DNA of 64,000 bases, from IMG/VR virus record IMGVR_UViG_3300027867_000003, positions 20,798 through 84,797 of that record; one strand, given 5' to 3'. This DNA is from a virus. The translations under genes and the position numbers were made by a program. Shown piece by piece: positions 28,671-38,032 of the stretch. The notes beneath the pieces were generated by a model. It worked only from the letters and a program-made list of their open reading frames with translations, was not told the DNA's origin and did no database searches. Within the stretch, counting starts at the first letter, position 1. Each line of letters opens with the position of its first letter.

Positions 28671-28868
28671 ATGATCCCCTCTCCTGATATTCCCCCCGGC
28701 TACTATCTGGTCCAAAAGGGCCGCTATCCCTCCGGTCAGCCTGCTTGGCGCGTTGCTCGTTGGATGCCGCAGGCTGAGACGTGGGAACTCAACAGCCCTT
28801 GGTTCGACCATCCCGGTCACTACGTCGCCGCAGGCTATTTCGACGACATCGGAACCAAGGTAGCATAG
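28671..28868 (+). CDS. Hypothetical protein
   Basis: 65 aa, AAGGA RBS. Confidence 0.55.
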   Translation: MIPSPDIPPGYYLVQKGRYPSGQPAWRVARWMPQAETWELNSPWFDHPGHYVAAGYFDDIGTKVA

Positions 28869-29033
28869 GACAGAGCCCATGACCTTCAAACGCCAGACAC
28901 AATTCGAGACCCTTAAATCGGGTCTCTCCCGCTCTACCGACGGCCCAACAGTGGCCGCAGTAGAAAGAGCACAGAATTCAGAATCTCCTGAATCTCCTGC
29001 TCTCCTTCAACCCACCGAAAGGACCTAATTCCT

Positions 29034-29525
29034 ATGGCCGAACCAATGGACCTTCGCGATCTGCTTGACGCCCCAGGGACATCGTTTCCTGACCGCCCGA
29101 GTCTCCCCGGCTCAAAGACCTTCTACGGGAAGCTCCTTTCCGTCGAAGCAACTCACAGCCAGGTGAAGGGAACCCCTGCGTTCCGCTTCAACGTCCGTCT
29201 CACGGACCCTGGTTCCGATGTTCCCAAGCCCGCCCTCGACGCAATCACGGGCGCCGGTTTCAACCTCAGCGACTACCAGGTCTACTATGACTTCTGGCTG
29301 ACCCCCGGCTCCATGTCCATGCTGTGGCGCTTTCTGGAAGGTGGTGGTTTCGACCGGAACAAGGGCCTCCGGGAGCAGATGAAGCTCGACGACAGTTATA
29401 ACCCCACCGCCGATACCAACGACCTGTTCCGGGGCATGGACATCATCTGCCGAACCCAACAGGCGAACGACCAGGGGCGGGTCTTCAGCAACCTCGACAT
29501 GATTGCCTTCAGGAAAGCCGCCTAA
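29034..29525 (+). CDS. DUF669-like single-stranded DNA-binding protein
   Basis: OB-fold-like pattern (YGKLLSVE...SQVKGTP...FNVRL...DFWLT); follows the AAA_24 gene. Confidence 0.55.
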   Translation: MAEPMDLRDLLDAPGTSFPDRPSLPGSKTFYGKLLSVEATHSQVKGTPAFRFNVRLTDPGSDVPKPALDAITGAGFNLSDYQVYYDFWLTPGSMSMLWRFLEGGGFDRNKGLREQMKLDDSYNPTADTNDLFRGMDIICRTQQANDQGRVFSNLDMIAFRKAA

Positions 29526-29816
29526 GAGATCCGTTCTCCCTCTTCGGAACGGACGATGACAAATGGACCCTTGTTATCTGTCCGTCCTCACCCGGCAAAC
29601 GGCAGCCGGGCCGAAGAAAGTCGCGACAGGCCGGAAAGACGGCCACCCCCCTTCGGAGACCTAAGAATGCCCCCGTCGAATCCATTTGCCTAAATCCGGG
29701 CAGCTCGTTCTTCGAACAATGGACAACCGGCACCGATTCCTGTTCGCACCACAGGACCGGAAGCCCCGTCGACGAACCCCGGAGACAAACCCCATGACAG
29801 GAAAGGACCCCCGTCA

Positions 29817-29987
29817 ATGATCTGGGAATACAAAATACTCGACCCCGGAGCTGAGGTCAATCTCAATGAACTCCAATCCGAGCTAAATTCCCTCGGCCTC
29901 AATCGCTGGGAACTCGTCGGCTTCGACGACACCATGATGATCCTCAAACGAATCCGAGACGACTGGCAAAGAAAGGACGAGAGATAG
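29817..29987 (+). CDS. DUF4177-like small protein
   Basis: Manual translation MIWEYKIL...LNSLGLNRWELVG...ILKR. Confidence 0.6.
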   Translation: MIWEYKILDPGAEVNLNELQSELNSLGLNRWELVGFDDTMMILKRIRDDWQRKDER

Positions 29988-29990
29988 ACC

Positions 29991-31415
29991 ATGTCTCGTG
30001 ATCTCGATCCCCGGAAAATCATAGTCCGAAATCGCCAACGGAAGGACCTCGGAAATCTGACATCCCTAGAGAACTCCATAAAGACCCGAGGCCAGATTCA
30101 TCCAATCGTCGTTCGAACCGAGCCCGATGATTCGATTGTCCTGATGGTCGGTGGCCGAAGGCTCCAGGCTTGCATCAATCTCGGCATCCCCGTCAAGGCC
30201 GACTTCTGGGACGACCTCGACGACACAACGGCCAAAGCCGTTGAACTAGAGGAAAACATAAAGCGAAGCGATCTGTCGTGGCGCGATCACGCCACAGCGG
30301 TCGGCGAACTCCATCAATTATACAAAGACACCCGCCCGGATTGGACTGTCCAGAAAACCGCAAGCGAAATTAGCATGGCCCCCAGCCAGATTCATCTAAT
30401 TCTCACCGTATTCAAGAACCTCGCTTCGCCCCTCTTGAACAATTCCCAGAGTCTCGACCAATCTTATTCAATCCTTCAGAACACAGCTGAACGCAAAACG
30501 GCCCAAATCGTCGCCGACATAATTTCAGCGAGCAAAGAGATCTTCGACTCAGCATCGAATTCACAGGAGAAAAACAATGAAAGAGACTCTATTGGCCCTG
30601 ACGGCAGGGATGATAGTGGGGTTAATAATGTCACCAATGGTCAAGGACTTATCAATTCAGAGAAGGATGATGCTGATAGCCATTCCAGCAATCTTAGCAG
30701 GAGTCTTAGTTCAACGTCTATATCACCCAAAATAATTCTGAATACCAATTTCCTCACCTGGGTCGCCAAATACAGCGGGCCTCAGTTCAACCTCATTCAC
30801 TGCGACTTCCCATATAGCATCCAATATGACAGCTATGCAAAATCCATCTCTAGCACAACCGAAGATTATGATTTCTCCGGCTTCTTCGACCTCCTCGACC
30901 CGCTCGTCGAAAACATCAATAAGATCGCCTCCTATTCATCGCACATCATGTTCTGGTTTTCTATGAAATTCTACGAACAAACGAAACAAAAACTCGAATC
31001 CAGTGGTCTCTATGTCCACGACCATCCCCTAATCTGGCACAAGACTGACAACGCCGGCATCATTCCGGGTAGAGACAATGCCTTTCCCCGCCGGGTCTAC
31101 GAGACAGCATTTCTATGTTCCCGTGGTCGAAGAACCCTCGTCAAATCTCTCTCAAATACCTATGGATGTCCAACATCCGATAAACCGATTCATCCCTCTC
31201 AGAAGCCCGAGCCGATGCTAAGGCACTTTTTCTCAATGCTCATAGACGAAACAACCGATTTCTTCGACCCCACCTGCGGCAGCGGCACTGCGCTCAGGGC
31301 CGCCGACGCCGTCGGAGCCCGCTCGGTCCTCGGTGTTGAAATCGACCCTGCTTACGCCGCCTCAGCCGAAAGCGCCTTCCAGACATCCTGGCTACTCCGA
31401 AAAGCAATAAGATGA
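29991..31415 (+). CDS. ParB-N domain fused to N6A/N4C DNA methyltransferase
   Basis: GQIHPIVV...GGRRL...ELEENIKR; motif IV CDFPY; HPSQKP; motif I FFDPTCGSGT. Confidence 0.85.
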   Translation: MSRDLDPRKIIVRNRQRKDLGNLTSLENSIKTRGQIHPIVVRTEPDDSIVLMVGGRRLQACINLGIPVKADFWDDLDDTTAKAVELEENIKRSDLSWRDHATAVGELHQLYKDTRPDWTVQKTASEISMAPSQIHLILTVFKNLASPLLNNSQSLDQSYSILQNTAERKTAQIVADIISASKEIFDSASNSQEKNNERDSIGPDGRDDSGVNNVTNGQGLINSEKDDADSHSSNLSRSLSSTSISPKIILNTNFLTWVAKYSGPQFNLIHCDFPYSIQYDSYAKSISSTTEDYDFSGFFDLLDPLVENINKIASYSSHIMFWFSMKFYEQTKQKLESSGLYVHDHPLIWHKTDNAGIIPGRDNAFPRRVYETAFLCSRGRRTLVKSLSNTYGCPTSDKPIHPSQKPEPMLRHFFSMLIDETTDFFDPTCGSGTALRAADAVGARSVLGVEIDPAYAASAESAFQTSWLLRKAIR

Positions 31416-32152
31416 ACGCTTATTACAACGAAATAGACACCTATTGTTCTAAATGGCTAGAACGGTTAATTTCGTCCAATGTGCTACCACAGGGCATAGT
31501 AGATAATAGAAGTATAATAATGGCTAACTATGTTAACTTAGGACTATTTAACCAATGCCATTTCTTTGCCGGAATTGGCGGATGGCCTCTAGCTTTGCGG
31601 ATGTCAAATTGGCCTAAAGACGAGCCCATTTGGACCGGAAGTTGCCCATGTCAACCGTTTTCTATAGCGAGCCCAAATCGGAGTAGAACAGCCGATGACC
31701 GACATCAATGGCCCAACTTCTTCCAACTCATCGAAAAGCATCGACCTTCAACAGTCTTTGGAGAGCAAGTTGCAGGAATGGATGGCCTGTCATGGTTCAC
31801 CGATATCAGGAATGACCTTGAAGGAATTGACTATGCTGTTGGGGCCGCGAATTTGCCAGCTATCGGGGCACCCCACAGGAGAAGCAGAATCTTCTGGGTG
31901 GCCCACTCCAGCCGCAAGAGATTGGAAGGACCTCTCTTTACGAGAGAAAGGTTATTCGTTGCAGCGCAGGAGGCATCAGCCTTCAACAGTCACCACGGCT
32001 TACGAACGCGGTTTAACGACAGCCCAAATCCCGCATCTACTCTGTCATATCATGGGATTTCCCGACCTATGGATATTGTGCGCGCCTTTGGAAACTCGAT
32101 AGTTCCTCAAACAGCTACAATATTCATAAACCTAATTACAGAATGCCTCTAA
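31412..32152 (+). CDS. C5-cytosine DNA methyltransferase (alpha-type polypeptide)
   Basis: FFAGIGG, catalytic GSCPCQPFS, GEQV, HRRSRIF, motif X AFGNSIVPQ. Confidence 0.88.
   Translation: MNAYYNEIDTYCSKWLERLISSNVLPQGIVDNRSIIMANYVNLGLFNQCHFFAGIGGWPLALRMSNWPKDEPIWTGSCPCQPFSIASPNRSRTADDRHQWPNFFQLIEKHRPSTVFGEQVAGMDGLSWFTDIRNDLEGIDYAVGAANLPAIGAPHRRSRIFWVAHSSRKRLEGPLFTRERLFVAAQEASAFNSHHGLRTRFNDSPNPASTLSYHGISRPMDIVRAFGNSIVPQTATIFINLITECL
31695..32102 (+). CDS. Nested +1-frame beta subunit of the C5 methyltransferase
   Basis: 135-aa overlapping ORF with WPTPAARDWKD and motif IX-like HIMGFPDLW, which the alpha frame lacks. Confidence 0.65.
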   Translation: MTDINGPTSSNSSKSIDLQQSLESKLQEWMACHGSPISGMTLKELTMLLGPRICQLSGHPTGEAESSGWPTPAARDWKDLSLREKGYSLQRRRHQPSTVTTAYERGLTTAQIPHLLCHIMGFPDLWILCAPLETR

Positions 32153-32361
32153 GAAAGATTTCCCAAATGACCCTCTTTCTAGTTGCCTATTTCATTCTCA
32201 ACATAACCATCGCGTTCAAATTCCTCATCGACAGCCCGGGTCTAAAACAGAGTGTCGCCTTCATCTGTGCCTATCTTATAGCCCTTGTCGGAATTCCCGT
32301 CCTAATTGCAATCTTCATCAAAGTCAGTTTCGATCGCCTCTATAACAGAAAACCCCTTTGA
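32143..32361 (+). CDS. Small membrane protein
   Basis: Two hydrophobic helices. Confidence 0.5.
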   Translation: MPLRKISQMTLFLVAYFILNITIAFKFLIDSPGLKQSVAFICAYLIALVGIPVLIAIFIKVSFDRLYNRKPL

Positions 32362-32377
32362 AAGGCAACTTAGAGAT

Positions 32378-33721
32378 ATGAAGGTCGTTATAGTCGGCGA
32401 AGCCTGGGGGAGGCATGAAGAACAGATGTCCCATGCCCTCGTAGGACCCTCGGGTCGCGAATTGACCCTCGAACTCGGTATCTCCGGCCTCGCCCCCTTC
32501 ATGCAAATTCAATGTCATGAATGCAAAGAGATGGTCGACTTCACCGACGGCACCTGCGATAATTGCAAAAGTCGCATCTGGCCCAATGAATTCCATCTTC
32601 TCGACTATTGGAAGAAACTGCGAACCGAACATGGTATTGCCGTCACCAACGTCTTCAACCGAAGGCCGTTTGCCCTTTATAATTTCCCCGACATCGGCTG
32701 GTCAACTTGCAAGATCATCGAAGATCGCGGAAAGTTTAGCAAAATTAAGCGCCTCTCCGACGACACCGAGCACACCGTCATCACAAAATCTGTCATCCAG
32801 AATGACCTCGGTGGCTTCTTTTCTCCCGAGAGACAGACCCCGATGCCCCCGTGGAAAGCATCAAAGATAGTCAGCGGAACACACCTAAAGCGCGAGTTCT
32901 TCCATCACGTCGAGAGCCTATGGACGGAAATCCGCGACCTCGACCCGACATTGATCCTCTGTCTCGGCAACGCCGCCTGCTGGGCCATCCTAGGTCAGAC
33001 AAAAATCACCGCCCTCCGCGGCACAGTTTCTATGAGTGCGAAGGACCTGACAGGATTTGAGAAGAAATGCCTCGCAACTTTTCATCCTGCCGCCGTCCTT
33101 CGCGCCCCTCCCATGCGAGCGAGCGTCATTCCCGACCTGACGAAGGCCAAACGCGAAGCCGAGTTCCCCGAAATACGACGCCCCGAACGATGGCTGACAA
33201 TCCCGAGTCCCAACGAGGCCGGAATAAAAGAAGGCTATGAATGGTTAAAACGACCGACTCAATCGTATTCCTGCGACATCGAAACAATCAAACGTCAAAT
33301 ATCTATCATCGGTTTTGGAAGATCCCCCTCAGATGCCCTGGTTATCCCCTTTAGGGATGCAAACGTCGATAACCAAGGTCATATCGTCGATGTCGGAAAG
33401 ATCGCCACTGATCTCGGATTCCCTTCAACCAATATAAATTATTGGCCCACTCCGGAACTAGAATTCGAAGCCTGGAAACTCGCTATAGCAGCCCTCCAAT
33501 CAGACAAAGAGAAGATATTCCAAAACGGTATATATGATTTATCTTATATGGTCGGAATGGGCATATTTCCAAAGAACATCGCCCACGATACGATGTTGTG
33601 GCATCATAGTCGATTCATTGAACTACCTAAGAGCTTAGGATTTTTAGGCTCTATATACTGTAATGAAATTTCGTGGAAACAGATGTCCCGACACAGCAAC
33701 TCTCTAAAAAGAGACGAATAA
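32378..33721 (+). CDS. Family-4-like uracil-DNA glycosylase fused to N-terminal part of a 3'-5' exonuclease
   Basis: VVIVGEAWG..E...VGPSG, TNV, LCLGN, TFHPAAVLR; then ExoI CDIET, ExoII QNGIYD, HDTM. Confidence 0.85.
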   Translation: MKVVIVGEAWGRHEEQMSHALVGPSGRELTLELGISGLAPFMQIQCHECKEMVDFTDGTCDNCKSRIWPNEFHLLDYWKKLRTEHGIAVTNVFNRRPFALYNFPDIGWSTCKIIEDRGKFSKIKRLSDDTEHTVITKSVIQNDLGGFFSPERQTPMPPWKASKIVSGTHLKREFFHHVESLWTEIRDLDPTLILCLGNAACWAILGQTKITALRGTVSMSAKDLTGFEKKCLATFHPAAVLRAPPMRASVIPDLTKAKREAEFPEIRRPERWLTIPSPNEAGIKEGYEWLKRPTQSYSCDIETIKRQISIIGFGRSPSDALVIPFRDANVDNQGHIVDVGKIATDLGFPSTNINYWPTPELEFEAWKLAIAALQSDKEKIFQNGIYDLSYMVGMGIFPKNIAHDTMLWHHSRFIELPKSLGFLGSIYCNEISWKQMSRHSNSLKRDE

Positions 33722-33723
33722 CC

Positions 33724-35202
33724 ATGCCAACAATAGCGTTCCACGAGATCGAAATTAATAAAGCCAATCAGGCCATATATTGCGGCGGGGACAATTTTCT
33801 CACCAAAGAGATAGACCAAGTCAGGCAGAATTTGCGAGACAATGACACTCTCATATATGATCTTGAGCGAGCCCTGCAAGGCCCCGTCCTAGAACTAATG
33901 CTCCGAGGCTTCCGCGTCGACATAGACGAACGCGATAAGGCCATAGAGCTAGTCACACAGAAGCGAGCCTCAGTCGAGAAAATCCTCTCCGCCATCATAA
34001 CAGCGATCCAGGGTTCCTATGATCCCAAGTTCCCCCGATCAGACAAACAACTGCGAACTCTGTTCTACGATCATATGAGGCTAATTCCAATTGAAAAGCA
34101 CATAAACGGTGAGACCAAGAGACCAATGGACAGAGAGACATTGGAGAAACTCGAACTCCAAGATAAGTGGGCCGCCCCCATCATCAATGCAATTCTCCAG
34201 TTTCGCGATCATTCGAAGTCCCTCGAAGTCCTCGAAAAGGAAATCGACTCCGATTTCCGCTGGCGATGCTCATATAATATCGGAGGGACAAATACGGGTC
34301 GTTTTAGTAGTTCCAAATCCCCCTTTGGAACAGCCAGTAATTTTCAAAATATTCATGAGGACCTTAGACGGGTCTTCATCCCCGATTCGGGATATAAGCT
34401 CTATGGCATCGATAAGGCCCAGAGCGAATCTCACGACGTCGCCTGGTTCTGCGGTACAATTTTAGGCGACTGGACCTATCTCGACGCCTGCCAATCAGGC
34501 GACTTACATACCTTCGTAACCCGCATGTGCTATCCTGATTGGGCCTGGACCGGAGACCTTAGAAAGGACCGTGCTTTAGCTGAACGTCGTTTTTATCGTC
34601 TCTTCACCTATCGTGACGTCTCAAAGCGCGTCGGCCATGCTACGAACTACCTTGGAACTCCCAAAGAGATTTCTCGACAAACTCGGCTACCCCAGAATAT
34701 TGCTGAGGAATTCCAAGAACGCTATTTCACCGCCTTCCCGTGCATCCCGCAGATGCACCAATGGATTTCTCAAGAACTTCAACGCCACAGATTCTTAGTC
34801 AATTCCTTCGGTCGCAGGAGAGACTTCTTCGACCGTCCAGATAGCCGCGAGACACTGAAATCGGCTGTCGCCTATATGTTTCAATCAGCGACCGCAGACG
34901 CCTTGAATTTGGGTATGTACCGTCTTTGGAAGAACATGAGAAGCAAAGTCCAACTCCTCTCCCAGCTTCACGATGCCGTTTACTTCCAAGCCCCCATCAC
35001 GGACGAAGAATCCGAAAGAACCCTAATCCGTGAATGCGTCAATTGGGTTCAGATCACCCAGAGAGATCCGAAATCAGGTCGCTCTATGACCATCCCAGGA
35101 GAGCCGGTCGGCGGCTTCAATTGGGCCCACCGATTTAGAATCCGAGAAGACGGCACGAAGGAAGAATGGAACAAACATGGCCTAGACTCAATTAGGATCT
35201 AA
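33724..35202 (+). CDS. polA: Family A DNA polymerase (polymerase half, carrying ExoIII)
   Basis: YCGGD (ExoIII), TGRFSS, NFQNI, motif A GIDKAQSE, motif B RDVSKRVGHATNY, motif C QLHDAV. Confidence 0.9.
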   Translation: MPTIAFHEIEINKANQAIYCGGDNFLTKEIDQVRQNLRDNDTLIYDLERALQGPVLELMLRGFRVDIDERDKAIELVTQKRASVEKILSAIITAIQGSYDPKFPRSDKQLRTLFYDHMRLIPIEKHINGETKRPMDRETLEKLELQDKWAAPIINAILQFRDHSKSLEVLEKEIDSDFRWRCSYNIGGTNTGRFSSSKSPFGTASNFQNIHEDLRRVFIPDSGYKLYGIDKAQSESHDVAWFCGTILGDWTYLDACQSGDLHTFVTRMCYPDWAWTGDLRKDRALAERRFYRLFTYRDVSKRVGHATNYLGTPKEISRQTRLPQNIAEEFQERYFTAFPCIPQMHQWISQELQRHRFLVNSFGRRRDFFDRPDSRETLKSAVAYMFQSATADALNLGMYRLWKNMRSKVQLLSQLHDAVYFQAPITDEESERTLIRECVNWVQITQRDPKSGRSMTIPGEPVGGFNWAHRFRIREDGTKEEWNKHGLDSIRI

Positions 35203-35206
35203 AGAA

Positions 35207-35593
35207 ATGGAAATCGTAGAACCCGGTCACTGGTTTAAGCTGAACAACTATTCCGGGATTTCAGAGAGCACAACTTTGTCGAAATCTCAATTAGTTTTCA
35301 TGCATAGAGTTGGTGACAATTACCCAGGAAACCACGGCTATCCGTATGATGGGACAAATTGTCAGGAAGTCCTAAGAGCCTTGATTCACCGTTGCATTTA
35401 CTTAAATGGTCAGATTCCTTGCCGAGAAACAGAGAACATAATCGAGAATCTTCGTTATAGTCTAATCTTGTTCGAAGAAAGAGCAGCTAGGGTTCACGGA
35501 CTAAAACTCCCCCCAAATCTTCCAAAAGATATAGAAAATACACCAACTTGCCGCCAGTGCGGTCATATAGTATGTAATCACAAGAAATTCTGA
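35207..35593 (+). CDS. Hypothetical protein
   Basis: GTNCQEVLRALIHR..YLN.QIPC.E; C-terminal CRQCGH. Confidence 0.7.
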   Translation: MEIVEPGHWFKLNNYSGISESTTLSKSQLVFMHRVGDNYPGNHGYPYDGTNCQEVLRALIHRCIYLNGQIPCRETENIIENLRYSLILFEERAARVHGLKLPPNLPKDIENTPTCRQCGHIVCNHKKF

Positions 35594-35620
35594 ATCTGAG
35601 GATCGAGAAAATTTGCCCAG

Positions 35621-35800
35621 ATGCCTTCTGACTGGATCACCGACTTTGTGGCATCCACAGAGACCATGCGAAGCCCGGATTCATTTCGCCTTTGGGGCGG
35701 CATCGCCACAATTGCCGCCGTTCTCGAACGCCGCGTATGGACGGAGACCGACGTCGACAAACTGAAGAGGTTAGGAAAATGTCTAGAAAAAGGTGTATAA
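35621..35800 (+). pseudogene. Truncated original 5' end of the DUF3987 gene
   Basis: MPSDWITDFVASTETMRSPDSFRLWGGIATIAAVLERRVWTETDVDKL closely matches the N-terminus of 36322-37530. Confidence 0.85.
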
Positions 35801-36309
35801 TCTGCGGTAATCCCGTTCATGGGAATGGGCTGTGCTCGAAACACTATCAGCGCCAACGCTTTCATGGAGACCCAAATATAATCTTAACTGTTCAAAATAA
35901 GGGGCTATTATGTAGCATTGAAGCTTGCAAAAAATCAGCTTTCACGAAAGGATTCTGCCGACAACACTACGACTCTATCACGGTATACGGCCGGGTCGAC
36001 TTAATAAGACGAGAAAAAGGAACAGGATCTATACATAGCGGCTACGTTTTCATAACTGTAAATGGAGAACAGGTCAGAGAGCACATATATTTAGCTGAAA
36101 AAGCATTAGGAAGAAAATTACCAGAAGGGGCGGTTGTCCATCACATGAATGAAGACGGAACCGACAATCATACTCCATTCAATTTAGTAATCTGTCCAGA
36201 TAGAGCCTATCATAACCTACTTCATACCAGAATGCGGCAACTAAGTGGAGTCCCAGCTGTACGACGCAGAAAATCTATTACTGAACATGCTATAGACATT
36301 GATCTATAG
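35779..36309 (+). CDS. HNH homing endonuclease ending HAIDIDL
   Basis: Two C-C..C..HY zinc motifs, REH...VVHHMNEDGTDN...NL...YHNLLH; AT-rich. Confidence 0.85.
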   Translation: MSRKRCIICGNPVHGNGLCSKHYQRQRFHGDPNIILTVQNKGLLCSIEACKKSAFTKGFCRQHYDSITVYGRVDLIRREKGTGSIHSGYVFITVNGEQVREHIYLAEKALGRKLPEGAVVHHMNEDGTDNHTPFNLVICPDRAYHNLLHTRMRQLSGVPAVRRRKSITEHAIDIDL

Positions 36310-36321
36310 ACCACTTTCTAG

Positions 36322-37530
36322 ATGTCAGACTGGATAGAATCTTTTATGGATTCAACTTCCTCCCTTAGGAGTCCCGACTCATTCCGACTGTGGACCGGAA
36401 TAAGCATATTAGCGTCTGTTCTAGAACGACGAGTATGGACAGAAACAGATATAGATAAACTGCACCCTAATTTGTATGTTGTACTGGCTGGAGGTCCAGC
36501 CAGCGGAAAAACTAACATGATAAAGAGATCCAGAGCCATGCTAGCTCCAATTAAAGGACTATTCCTCGGTCCCGACGCCCCAACAAAAGCCTCGTTCATC
36601 GACTCTCTCGAAGCCTCCGCCAAAGTCAGTACCAACGGCAGCGGGATGACCATCTTCTCTGCTATGACCGTTCTCTGCGAAGAATTCGGCGTCTTGATTC
36701 CGAAATACGACGACAGTTTCCTCGCAACCCTCAGCAAACTCTATGACAACGGCCCCATTCACACAGAGCCTCGGCGATCCGTCAAAAGCTCCCGGATCGA
36801 GAACCCCACAGTCAATATCCTCGCCGCCGCCACCCCAGCAGCGTTATCGACTTTTCCCGAGGCCGCCTGGGGTGAGGGATTCACCAGCCGCGTCGTCTTT
36901 GTCTACGGAACCACTCCCGAAGTATATCGCGACATGTTCGCCAAGAGACCCGAGTCCGACATAGAGAGCCTTCAGAAGGAACTCGATCGCCTCTTCAACG
37001 AACTCCACGGTCCATTTGAATGGGAAGACGAGGCCCAAGACGCCATCAGACATTGGTTCAACGACGAGAAACTGGCCCCCACCCCAACCTATGGACGGTT
37101 GGTCAATTATCTTGGCCGCCGAAACGAACACACGATGAAGTTATCTATGATCTCCGCGGTCTCTGCGGGCAACGGCCTCACCGTGACATTGAGCGACTTT
37201 CTCCGAGGCCGCCAGTGGCTCCTAGACGCGGAGGAAATGATGCCGGATGTCTTTAGAGCGATGAAACAGAAATCAGATACTCAGCTCATTCAGGACATGC
37301 ACCAAGCCATGTGGCAAGAATATGCCAAAATCGCCCGCGACAAACGAGTCGATATGGACGAATCCTGGATGTGGAACTATCTCCGAGAGAAAGTCACCAG
37401 TGACAAAATCAAAACTATCATCACAGCCGCCGAGAAGTCCGGACTCATTCGCCCATCAGGACTTCTCCCCGGCAAATGGGCACCAGCACCTATTGACCTC
37501 GCAACCGGCGGAACCAAAGAAAGAACCTAA
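36322..37530 (+). CDS. DUF3987/YfjI-like P-loop (helicase-like) protein
   Basis: PNLYVVLAGGPASGKT, LCEEFG, LYD, GFTSR. Confidence 0.75.
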   Translation: MSDWIESFMDSTSSLRSPDSFRLWTGISILASVLERRVWTETDIDKLHPNLYVVLAGGPASGKTNMIKRSRAMLAPIKGLFLGPDAPTKASFIDSLEASAKVSTNGSGMTIFSAMTVLCEEFGVLIPKYDDSFLATLSKLYDNGPIHTEPRRSVKSSRIENPTVNILAAATPAALSTFPEAAWGEGFTSRVVFVYGTTPEVYRDMFAKRPESDIESLQKELDRLFNELHGPFEWEDEAQDAIRHWFNDEKLAPTPTYGRLVNYLGRRNEHTMKLSMISAVSAGNGLTVTLSDFLRGRQWLLDAEEMMPDVFRAMKQKSDTQLIQDMHQAMWQEYAKIARDKRVDMDESWMWNYLREKVTSDKIKTIITAAEKSGLIRPSGLLPGKWAPAPIDLATGGTKERT

Positions 37531-37723
37531 GAAATGACCGCACTTGTCGTTGGAATCGGCTTCTCAACCTTCGGTATAGGAGCCGAACTAATAGCCTTAG
37601 TATTTATACTAAGGACAAGAAGATCAGATGATATAGCAGGGCTAACATTTGCAGCCATGCTTGGCTGTCTAATCGCCTTCATCGGTGCCACACTCATCAT
37701 CGGCTAAGAAAGGAACCTCATTG

Positions 37724-38032
37724 ATGCCTCGTTTAACCGACGCCGAAGCCCAGAGAATAAGAAACAAATACACAAAGATACCCGGAATCACCAACCTGCG
37801 TGACAGGATATGGATCTTGGTCCATCCAAATGGTGCCGAAATCGCCTTCACGGACTATAATCAGGAAATAACAGGCCACACAGACAACGCCGAAGAATTC
37901 CCCGAACTGGGTGAATTCATTCACTATGGCGGCAATGCCTACTACGTTGTCGGTGAGGCAAATCGCCGGGGATTCTACGTCATCGACGGCGGGCCACACG
38001 AGCCAAAGAAAGGCCCTAAGAAATGTTACTAG
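37724..38032 (+). CDS. Hypothetical protein
   Basis: AAAGGA RBS. Confidence 0.55.
   Translation: MPRLTDAEAQRIRNKYTKIPGITNLRDRIWILVHPNGAEIAFTDYNQEITGHTDNAEEFPELGEFIHYGGNAYYVVGEANRRGFYVIDGGPHEPKKGPKKCY

Noticed and set aside
37480-37530. PAPIDL near the end of the DUF3987 protein as another tag copy
   Set aside because: Partial match, not terminal; not counted.
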